From Anthoceros angustus (lineage: Eukaryota; Plantae; Anthocerotophyta), in the NCBI GenBank assembly GCA_010909165.1, contig MU008165.1:744001-808000 (forward strand): 64,000 nt of DNA. Reading direction: 5' to 3'. Each line of letters opens with the position of its first letter. Positions within the stretch are counted from its first letter, which is position 1. Of the stretch, positions 48,060-58,907 are shown piece after piece. Position numbers and translations under genes: made by a program. The notes beneath the pieces were generated by a model. That model searched no databases, was not told the DNA's origin, and was given only the letters and a program-made list of their open reading frames with translations.

Positions 48060-49529
48060 ATTTAGTGACCATCCACAACCCGGTTCAGCGTATATTCATG
48101 CATAAAGCCGCTTGATGTATATTCCGCCGGTTCAAATATTATCGTGTTATTGTGTGGTTGGTCTAATTCATCCACTAAATTATGCTGTGCAGGCGCATCT
48201 AACAACTGATCATTGACAGGTGCTAGAATGGGGACAGCTGCTACTGGTGTGGTTTGGGCTGTAAGATCGTAAGAATTCAACCATATCAAGATCGTAAATC
48301 GCTTGTATTATCAATGGACTGATCTAATGGAAGGTGGCCATACAAGGAAGGTTGTGGAAGAGGCTCATGGCTAGTGGAGGACCGGAGATGTGCATTCGTA
48401 ATAAAACTCTCATTGAAGCTAACACTACGGGCCAAGGTAAGTTGCTTAGTGTAAGGGTTGTAGAGCCTATAACCTTTGGAAGTGTCGAATAGCCGACAAA
48501 ATGTGCTTGGTTGCCCGATTATCCATCTTTCCTCTCTTGTCACAGTACATAAGCATATCTTTGAAAATCGAAGATGGCTGATTCGAGGTTTAGAAGTATG
48601 CCATCTCTCAAAAGGTGTGTGATCAAATAAGGGCTTTGGCGGCATTGTATGAACATAGTTTACAACAATAATACCGCCTAGTATCCTCGGGGTCGCCCGC
48701 CAATGAGTGTAGCCCTGCATCTTTCATGTAACGTGCGGTTGTAACGTTCTGCGAAAGAGTTTTGTGCAGGGTGGTATGGCACAGTAAGTTGGTGGATGAT
48801 TCCTTTCTCCCTCGTAAGGACCGAAAACATGGTCGAGGTACTGCATTGTCATTGCAATCTCTTTAGTGTTTTTCCGCTTGTGTTTCAGCCATGTGCACGT
48901 ATTCTACAAACTTGTCATATGTTTGGTGTCTCGCCATGCAGAAATATAAGGTGCAAAAGTGACTCCATTCATCCGTAAAGGTTAAAAATAGATAGCTCCA
49001 CCAAAGAGCTCGTGGACATGGGTCCACATATATCGAATGGACCATATCGAGAAGGCACGCTTTTGTAGGCTCGGGGTCATTATATGGCTCATGAGCCATC
49101 TTCCCTACTTGACAGCTTCTCACGTAAAAGGTGATCAAGAACTTTAAATGTTAAAGCATCTTTATATAGTTCGCTTACCAACCCGTCGATGTAGGTGATG
49201 TCAGGTGACACATGCGATAGTGCGAGCAAAGTCTTATCCACATCAGTCGGCGTCAATAACTAATGAGCGGTCAAGATACCTCAAACCTATATAGGTCATG
49301 ATATACCACTCCAAAGTAGGAGGGATGTATCATATGTCGATGTAACCATGCACGATAGGTGTAAAACTACTTGTAGCTCATGGTCCAAATAAGCTGATAG
49401 ATAGCAAGTTCTTAGTCATGCTGGGTACATGGAGTACGTTCAAAAGATGTATCTCTTTGTCTCCTCCTGTGGGTAACAGACTTCTCCTAAGCTCGCTACG
49501 GCCAAACCACCGCTATCACGAAAGACAAA
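48060..49529 (-). mobile_element. Ty1/Copia element B, integrase-side fragment (no RT seen), split by Copia A
   Basis: 'VPSMTKNLLSI' (~49410), 'LLDMVHS...FLTFTDEWSHFCTLYF' (48863-49138), 'TPFERWHTSKPRISHLRF...GYRLYNPYTKQLTLARSVSFNES' (48286-48720). Confidence 0.85.
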
Positions 49530-49534
49530 TTGAC

Positions 49535-49820
49535 TGATAAAATACATATAGTTTAGGGCACTATTCACTAGGGCACCTTTACTTATGCTTTAATTTATCT
49601 CTAGGGCATTAAGTAGTTACTTAGTTAGTTGTCCTAGGAGGTTAGTTGTCCTAGGAGGTTAGTTGTTATATTAGTTACAACCAACTGACGGTTATAACAA
49701 CTTATGGTTATAACCGTCTAACCACCTAACCACCTTGCCTATAAATAGGCTTTGTACTTTCTATTATATACATTGTAATGCAAGCATCTTTTATGCTAGA
49801 GCTTAGCATGATTTTCATCA
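49535..49820 (+). repeat. Copia A 5' LTR (286 bp; carries an extra 17-bp GTTAGTTGTCCTAGGAG repeat)
   Basis: Near-identical to 56470-56733; TATAAATA at ~49740. Confidence 0.95.
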
Positions 49821-50819
49821 TGGTATCGAGCAGCTTTTGCTCTTGATGCTAGAGCTACTTTCCTATTTCCTCCTAAGGCATCCATTCTCCTATGCTTCCT
49901 TTCCAATTAGATCTTTAAATGGAACTTCTATCTGGAGATCTCGCCTTTGGCAGCAAATGGATCAAGCTCAAGATCATGCTTTAAGGATGCACAATTTGTG
50001 CATCAAATCCTTGCCCTGCACCATGAATTCACCAAATCCCACTAAACAAGGAGTTTGGAGAAATATCAAGGCAAGGCAAGAGAAGCAAAGAAGGACCACA
50101 AAAACAACAAAGTGCATGGTGTGAAGAGCTTGAAGTAGTCTCTAAACAAGTTGCTAATTTCATTGGATCTATTTTGATTAAGTCACCGGATCAAGGGAAT
50201 TTGATTAGACTTGCTACAAGACCTACTTACCTCTTTTGATTTATTGCAAGTTTCGCAATCCAATTAGCTCTTCAACATATTCCTAACTTGGTTGCTGGCC
50301 CTTCATTTCCGGCTTGAATAATTTGCTAGAAACTCTTGGTTGCATAAAGAGTAACATTAGACTTACCCAAAAATCCAATCATTCTAATTTTGCCTTTTGC
50401 AACAAGAAATTAGCAATATTCGAGATCATCTAGATAGGCTCCTTCCCAAAGGAGATTGATTTTGATGATGAGATGATATTCGTAAATATAGCTGGCCAAG
50501 CCGAGATGATCTGCTCCGAATGCGCATGTCCTTTCTCCGCCCGCGGCGATCGGAAACCAAGTGCGCCTATCGGACAAATTAATCGTCTATTTTGAACTCA
50601 CCTGCGATGGCTGGAGTAAATGTTGACGACTTCGATATTAATCAACTTGAAAAAGTTAAAAGCAGTGGCTAGAGGAGCAGAAGGCCAAATGGCTTGAAGA
50701 TGAGAAGAAGAGTTGGGAAGCCAAAGGCTAAAGAAAAACTCAAACATGATCCAAAGACGCCAACGGGTTCATGGAGATAGCTTTAAGGAAAGGATAGATT
50801 CAATGGAAAAGGATATGAT

Positions 50820-53800
50820 GTATGGAGTATTCGCATGAAAGGAGTATTGCGGCGTGAACTATGGGATATAGTGAGTGGTTCCAATGATCGTCCCATGTGG
50901 GATTCGACTCTAGAAGAATGGGACAATAAGGATCAAGGCCCAAGATATTCTAGTGAGTGGACTTCCAATCCATGGTTCGCCAAGTTTCAAGCCGATTCCT
51001 CCAAGGACATGTGGGACCGCCTTGCCCAATTATATTCATCTAAGGATGTAATGAGCTTGTTGTCACCACCCGCAATTTTCATAATCTCAAGATGAGAGAG
51101 AATGACTCATTGACAATCATATCGATTTTCGAATCGCCAAGTCCAACCTTGAAGCAGCATCCGGCACCAAGTTGACCGAACAATCCTGTTTTATGACTCT
51201 TCTCGCCTCTCTACCACCCTCCTACAGGGCTTTCGTGACTACTCAAAATGCAGTTCTCCGAACTGCTCAGAGAAATCATGAAGCCTCAGGTGATGCCAGC
51301 TTGGATTTAAGCGTCACCGAATTGATTGGAGCAATCATACAGGAGGACCAAAGTCGTCGACATGAATCCAGATCAACCAGACAGCAGGTGATGTTCACTG
51401 GAAGGGGTAGAGGAAGAGGTCGAGGCCGAGGTCGCGGCAGAGGACCTGTTTCTTCACGACCCAATCCCAACCAATATTCACAGGGCGGTGAATACTGCCT
51501 TCTTCAAAGACCGCAAGAGGTAATAAGAAGACGTTATTTGTAATTGGTGCAATCGAACCATATGGAGAAGGACTCCAAGAAAAAGAAGAACGGCGAGCCT
51601 AGGAAGGAGGTCGCCTCTGGAGCGCATGTTGTAGTGAAGAAACAATCTTCCACAACAGCTCTCACTCGCATGGCATCATCAAAGCCATCAAACCAATATT
51701 GGTATTTAGACGTGGAGCTACATCACATATCTGTCACAACAAAAACTCTTTTGAGTCTTATTCGCCACAGGACACCGTGAGTCTCACGGGCGATCACAAC
51801 CTCCCATCTCTGGTGTAGGTTCAGTTGTTCTCAGATGTTCTTCAGGCCAAGTTCTCTCTCTTTCCCATGTCCTTCACGTACCATCCATGTGTAAAAATCT
51901 AGTGTCTGCGCTAGCTTATGTTCCGAACATAGCATGCAAGTCATTCTTCATGCAGATAGTTGTCTTATTTCCCATCTCACAAGTAAGTCACATACTATCT
52001 GCTCCGGCACACTAGAGGACGGCCTATACAAACTATCCGTCCAAGTGGGTCCCTTACATAGCATGAATGTAGCCACCCACAATTCTGCCACCTCCTCCAA
52101 CACCACACTTTGGCATTGCCGTCTAGGTCATCCTAATAGCCAAAAACTCATCCAAATGTCTAAGGGAAATTTTTATAGAACACCTTCCCTATCCAAGATA
52201 GAACCCCTATCCTGGTGCGAAGCCTATGTCACCACCAAAAGGCACCAGGCTCCCTTCCACAACCACTCTCCCCAGCGGGCCACAGCACCCCTTGAGTTGG
52301 TCCACACAGACATTTGCGGCCCTATTTCTGCACCATCCTTTACCGGTTGCAGATATTTCTTAACATTCATAGATGATTATTCTCGTTTTGTCCTCACATA
52401 CATCCTGAAACACAAAAGCCAAGCCTTTCAGTTTTTCAAGGACTACATGATGTGGGCAGAGAGACTTACGCATGAAAACTCAAGACCCTCCGTTCCGACA
52501 ATGGAGGAGAGTTTACATCTCATGAATTTGCTGATTTTTGTCGAGCTGAAGGCATAGCTCAACAACTCACAGTTGTACATACACCTCAGCAAAATGGCGT
52601 AGCAGAGAATAAGAACCTACGCCTTCAAGAGATCACAGGTTGCTTGCTCTCCCAAGCTAAATTATCCAAGACTTATTGGGCAGAGGCCATGCTTTCAGCA
52701 ACCTATCTCATCAATAGACTGCCGACATCTGCAGTCCAAGGTATGACACCTTATGAAGCCTTTATTGGTAGGAAGCCTTCAATCGACCATCTTCGAGTTT
52801 TTGGATCTCCCGCTTATGTCTTTATACCTAAAGCACAGCGAAAGAAGCTAGATCCTAAGGCAGCCAAGTACACTTTCATTGGCTACACAGAAGGCATCAA
52901 AGGATACAAACTATTTGATCCTGCTACCAGGAAGCTCTTATATGCCAGGAGTGTCACTTTTAATGAGTCCCACATACTTTCACCTTCAGTGGGAGCTCCT
53001 GCGGACACTACTCATGATGTTCTTCCTCCTGAGAACACCGAGTATTCATCTTTTGATGATAATGATTTCATAACTCAACATATTGTCCCCGCCCTGCTCC
53101 TGTTGTTGCACCTATCTGCGGAGGAGGAGGAGCTACATATCCTCGACGCCTCCGACCCACGACTCGGATCCCGATATCAAGAACCTCAACACCTTGAGGA
53201 CATCCTCGAGAGGACATCAAGAACCTCTTGAGGATGATTATCGTCGAAGATGAGCCCGCTTCTCCTATATCTGAACCACTCATGAAGAGGTCGCCGTTGA
53301 TGATGAACAACTGCACCAAGGTACAACCCGAGAACTAGACCGATTATTTGGGACTGCAGGATGGAAAGAACCACCCCAGGATACCTTGCTACCTTTGATG
53401 ATCCTATTTCTCCCTTCTCCCTTTTCACCAGTGCCTATAAAGCCACTGATCCCAAGAACCTCGACCTTGAAACAAGCATTTTCCTCTCCTGAGAAAGACT
53501 TGTGGAAAGTAGCAGTAGATTCTGAGTATAACTCATTAGTTAAAAACTCGACATGGGAATTGGTGAAACCACCTAAGGCGAAAAATAGTGACTAGCAAGT
53601 GGGTATTCAAAATCAAACGAAAGGGTGATGGTTCCATTGAGAGATACAAGGCACGATTAGTGGCTAGAGGGTTTACCGGATCCACGGTTTAGATTATCTA
53701 CCCCATGCCACTTATGCACGTTGCCAAGTTTGCCTCCCTAAGAATGATCTTAGCCTTAACCACACAACATGACCTTCACCTCCACATGATGGATGTCAAG

Positions 53801-54975
53801 AACCACCGCATGGACGTCTACAAGAGGAGATCTATATGAGACACGAGGCTATGAGGTCAAGGGAAAGGAAGATTGGGTGTGCAAACTTATTAAGTGCATT
53901 TATGGCAAGCAATCAGCAAAGAATGGAATGTCACATACATGTCAAGCTAGTTAATCGTGGCTTCAAACGAAGCAAAGCCGATGCTAGCATGTACATATTG
54001 AAATCGAAGTGATATAATTTACCTTCTACTTTATGTCGACGACTTGTTTATGGCCTCATCTTCCTTATCCCTCCTGAAATCAAGGCATGGTTACGAAGTC
54101 ATTTTGAGATGATGATCTCGAGAGATGACTTATGCCCTTGGCGTTAATATCATCGGGATAGAGGCAACAAAACTCTAAGCTTAGTTCGGACTAAGTATAT
54201 TAAAGAGAGTTTAACAAAATTTGGATTAGAAGAAGCCAAACCGCCACTACCCCTTTGCTAGTGGCATTAGGCTCACCTCGAGATATGAGCCCTAAAAGCA
54301 GATACGGAGAAGCATGAGATGTCACCATATAGACATCTTGTTGGCACCGATTTACTTAAGTAACTTCACAAGACCCGACATTTCTTTTGAAGTTAGTGCA
54401 TGTTCACAGCCCTAGAGAACCGAAGGAACATTGGCTATCACCAAACGTATCTTCGATACCTCAAAGGAACTATGCACATTGGATTGACTTACAAGTACAA
54501 ACCCGCATACCCAATTTAATCCTAACAAGATATCGATGCCGACTATGTGATCCGGACACCGTAAATCAGATCCGCTATGTTCTACTATTGGGAGGTGCTC
54601 CAATCTCTTGGTCAAGTAAGAAACAACCTACAATTGCTTTGTCATCCACCGAGTCCGAGTATAGAGTCCTAACCTCGGTCTCAAAAGATATAGTTTGGTG
54701 TAGGTTAGCTTTGGGCGAACTTGGTCACCCCAACATAATCCCACACCTTTGTTCGATGATAGTCAAGGGGCCATAGCCTAGCTAGAAATCCGTCTTCCAC
54801 TCCAACAAAGCACATAGCAATTGAATACCACTACATTCGTGAAATGCTAGAAAACAAAACAATAGACATAAATTACATCCAAACTCGGAAAATCCGGCCG
54901 ATATATTAACCAAGTCATTAGGTCGTGATTTACATAGCAAACACATGAAGAGTTTAGGGATACTAGATATCAAGT
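50820..54975 (+). pseudogene. pol: Copia A Gag-Pol (UBN2-type Gag, PR, GAG-pre-integrase, INT, RT, RNase H), frameshifted
   Basis: 'LLASLPPSY', 'WYLD', 'LWHCRLGHPN', 'LELVHTDICGP', 'FLTFIDDYSRF', 'DSEYNSLVKNSTWELV', 'YKARLVARGF', 'LYVDDL', 'ISWSSKKQPTIALSSTESEY', 'ADILTKSL' in Copia domain order. Confidence 0.93.
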
Positions 54976-56469
54976 CTAAACCACATAACTCATAGCTATA
55001 GAGGAACATAAGTGGGCAACTAAAAGTTAACCTTGGCTACAAGCCACAGTTTGTCCAAATGATCAAGTTCCTCTTCTATTTCTAAATAGTCTTCATAGTA
55101 TTCACGAGCTTCGCTCCAATGCCCAGATCCTATTCACAAAATTTAGGAGTCATGTTAATATAAAAATAAATAAATAAATTATTAAATGCTATTTAAGTCA
55201 TAAATGGCATTAGGGTACTTACTATAAGTATGCTTAGTGTCCTTCATACTCAGCACATGGGGCAGCTCCCAACCATACCATTTTGATTCCTTTCTTATGG
55301 CAAACATATTCTGGGGCATGGTAACTATCCTTATCCCGGGGCATATCAAGTGGGTAGCTTTCATCAAACTTCCCATAGGAAGATAGCATCCGTATTGCAT
55401 ATCCTGTCCTTGTTGCTTGAGGACCACTCTTTGTGGGATAGCAATCCTCAAGTGATCCGTGCCACACACTTGTCCATCCCTACAACCACATAGTTTCTTT
55501 TAAGCAAAAAAAAAAAAACTTTGTCCTTATAAATAGGAGCAACCTACTTCCTATTCCTACTTACTTTCTTTTCCACTACTCTGCTACCACCTTGCTCTTG
55601 CCCTTCCACTTTCCTCTTGTGTCTTCGCCATCCATCCAAGTTTTCCGCTAGATCCGCCAATGGATCATCCCATTAGTACACATGCTATCTATCACTTTGT
55701 AGCATATATGCGAGCAGTTAACATACGAGGCTAGTTTGTGGAGATCATTGGCACTTTTGGCCGCCAAATCATCATTGACGACGGAGCATCGCCGCCTGAC
55801 TTCCTTCAACGTGGAGGAGCATCTTCAACATCGGCTTGGGCTCCCACCACGAGTCCTCTTCATCAATGTCGGTCATCACACCATGTCTCGTCAAGAGCGG
55901 GACGGCTCGACGAGACCCCAAGAACCCGCAAATTCTCATCTTCACTCCACCACTCCTAGAAGGCGACGAGCGACAATCTCTTCTCACGAAGAGGAGATGG
56001 GTACCATCTGTTTGAGTTCTAGTGGAGGATCCACTCATCTCCCATTTGGTCTCCTCCCACGTTTGGGCCACGCCGACCACTCCACACTCCCAGCCCACAT
56101 CGCCCGCGTGGCCAGAGCTTTATGCCACACCAGGCCACCCACTTAACGGTGGGCACGGATAATGCCGCATTCCACCGCGGGTGGATCCGTGGGGGTTTGC
56201 ATTATCCACCCCGTTTTTAATTTCGGGATGGGGTTTTGCAATTATCCCCCATTTCTTCAATTTCGGGTTTTTCCTTTTGCTTTTCCCGATTTCTAAAATA
56301 CCTTTTTAACATATCTAAATTAATTAATTATTTAGTTTAGTTTGCTTAAGCTACATAGACTATCAGTTTATTTTCTGAGCTAGTAACTATCTATCTAGTA
56401 GGAGTTTGCTAGTGTATTTAGTCTCATTTTGTAGCTTATTTTCACCCCTACGCTCATAGTGAGTGGGAG

Positions 56470-56733
56470 TGATAAAATACATATAGTTTAGGGCACTATT
56501 CACTAGGGCACCTTTACTTATGCTTTAATTTATCTCTAGGGCATTAAGTAGTTACTTAGTTAGTTGTCCTAGGAGGTTAGTTGTTATATTAGTTAATCAA
56601 CCCATTATAACAACTTATGGTTATAACCGTCTAACCACCTAACCACCTTGCCTATAAATAGGCTTTGTACTTTCTATTATATACATTGTAATGCAAGCAT
56701 CTTTTATGCTAGAGCTTAGCATGATTTTCATCA
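56470..56733 (+). repeat. Copia A 3' LTR (264 bp)
   Basis: Matches the 5' LTR; preceded by PPT, followed by TSD. Confidence 0.95.
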
Positions 56734-56738
56734 TTGAC

Positions 56739-58615
56739 TAGACGGGCGGCGCAGTAAGTGATGAACTTCTCTCATGTGGCATATGGTTTGTTGCGCCGTA
56801 ATCGAGAAACCACATGTCACTATCTCGCTTGTGTTAAGGATAGGCACACCGCCAAAATGGTTGGAGACTTAACACGCCAGGGCTGCTTGTTTGTCCACGA
56901 GTCACTAGGTGTGATTCTCCTCCAAGAGGAGCTTCTCACTGGGTTCCCCGCTTTTTCTACACTCATGCTCAAAATGTCCCGGTATTCGACACGGTGACAT
57001 GTACCTTTAACCTTTCACGCATCCGTGGAAAGGAGGGTGAAGTGTAGGGTCTCTGGATTGGAAAGGTGGCCTATAAGGACCTCGACCTCGCCACGTCCCA
57101 CAGAGGTAAAAAGAACTTGCGAGTTGTGATGTTGAGTACGCCCACTTCTCGATCCCGTCCCCGCTTGACTCCTCCTCAAGCTGTGGCTCCAACAATTTTG
57201 TGCCATCACAGTTGCGCACAGCGACACCTTGCCCGTGATGGAAGTGCGTCTTGACAAAAGCCCTATAGCTGGGTGGAAGTGACGTTAAAGAGCAACCACC
57301 GCCAGTGGTTCAGTCGCCACAAGAGGCGAGCTTGGCTCTCAAGGTGCGGAATTTATGCACATGATGCTCAATGTCGTCAGATCTTTCATACGGAGAGCGA
57401 TAGTAATCTAGTTGCATTAACTAAGGACATGGAGTCCTTAGCTGCGAATAGGTCCGTGAAAACCTTCCATACTTTGCCGATGTAGCTTGGCCTTGGGTAT
57501 GTCTTGAATCATATTCTTGTCCGCGGAAAGTATAATACGCTCGCTTATCCTGCTTTGTTCCAGACTTATCAACATCGATCGGCTTGGCTACTTTTCCAAG
57601 GACCATATCCATTAGGTCATGCTCCAAAGAACGCCTGCAATCCGCATCTCCCAGATGCATCGGTTCCATTAAACCGATCTCGGTCTTTGAAGTCAATTTT
57701 GTGGTATTGTTAATGATGGTACTAGTGCTACCACCTCCTCGTAGCCATGGTTTGTACGTGAGGAAAAGGGACCGGTCTGGAAAACGTGGGATATAATGTA
57801 AAGATCTGTTTGAGGAGACCACATGCAAAATAAGGCTATGCTACAATTAGCCTCACGACCTAATGGCTAAGGGGTCGACAAGATTGGGATCTTCCCAAAC
57901 ATGGTGGAGAGAGACTCTAAGACCTGTTCAATGGGTTCGAGGCATGAGCAAGTAGCCGAGGAGGAATCAAGAGATGTCGTGATTTGTTTGTATGAAGACG
58001 GGTTGCGCAACTAGTTCTAAGTTAGCAAAGTCATGTGACCGTGTAAATTGCTTAGTCAAAACTCCAATTTGTTTGTGCAAAGAGATCAGTTCTTTCTTAT
58101 GATTATGTTTTGCTACATGTGTATTCTGCGTAAGTCTTAAGTGTGATCCGAGGTTCTTAATGGCCGAGTCTGGGTCTTTACTCGACAGGAAAACCGAACT
58201 ATTGCATCGTGTAGGAGTCTGTGTATATCATGATAGAAGTGTATTCACGTCTTTGGCGATTGAAGCTTGCAAAGGAAAAGAAAACAGCAATGTTGGAATC
58301 CTGTCATTCCTCCCGCAAGGCATATTTGTAAGCAAGTCACTTGTGCTTTCTCTCAAAGCACTCCCATTTGCTTTGTGCCGCCAAAATTACTTGCGTGTTC
58401 TAATTTGCGGTCTGGAAGGCGTTTGTCCCGCATCCATCCCTATCAACATCGTGGAGAAAGACGCCTAATTGCGCCTCCGAGACATCGTAGAATATTGAAA
58501 ACAAGCCACCGTTCCCGCTTCCTTGGGTCAATTAAAATTGCGGCCTTGATCCAATGACGCGGGGCATTGGTAATACCAAACGACGACATGATTCAGAATG
58601 GCTATGATACCAATT
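56739..58615 (-). mobile_element. gag: Ty1/Copia element B, 5' part (PBS, leader, Gag, Zn-knuckle, protease motif)
   Basis: PBS TGGTATCATAGC (minus strand, 58601-58612); gag 'LEHDLMDMVLGKVAKPIDVDK' (57421-57828); 'PGHFEHECRKK' (~56950-56985); 'WFLDYGATNHM' (~56790-56820). Removing Copia A rejoins it to 49529. Confidence 0.82.
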
Positions 58616-58906
58616 TGTGATATGGGCATCATACGGACATCATAGATTCAGAAGCATAAGGACCAGATGCTGAGGAGCGCGTGAGCGGAAGAGAATGTCA
58701 TCGTGAATCAATCAAAAGGTACATAAAGAAGAAGTGTAACCGTTTTTCTAAAATAATCCTAGTTAACTAATCAAATGATACTCTTAACTAGAGTTAGGTA
58801 TGAACTAAACAATATTATCCAATATAGAGACCATCCTACCGAGCAAAACCCAAGGAAAAAGCTCAATCCTCAGCCTCCAAGATCCGTGCGCCGGGCTGCG
58901 CCTGCA
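58616..58906 (-). repeat. Putative ~290-bp LTR (TG...CA) between a PPT and a PBS
   Basis: Minus strand reads AGTGGGGGG-T-TGCAGG...CCCATATCACA-AAT-TGGTATCATAGC. No second copy in the window to confirm it. Confidence 0.55.
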
Positions 58907-58907
58907 A

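Larger units (their letters stand above)
49535..56733 (+). mobile_element. Complete Ty1/Copia LTR retrotransposon A (~7.2 kb), perfect TSD TTGAC
   Basis: LTRs 49535-49820 and 56470-56733 (TGATAAAA...TTTTCATCA); TTGAC at 49530-49534 and 56734-56738; PBS TGGTATCGAGC at 49821; PPT GTGAGTGGGAG before 56470. Confidence 0.96.
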
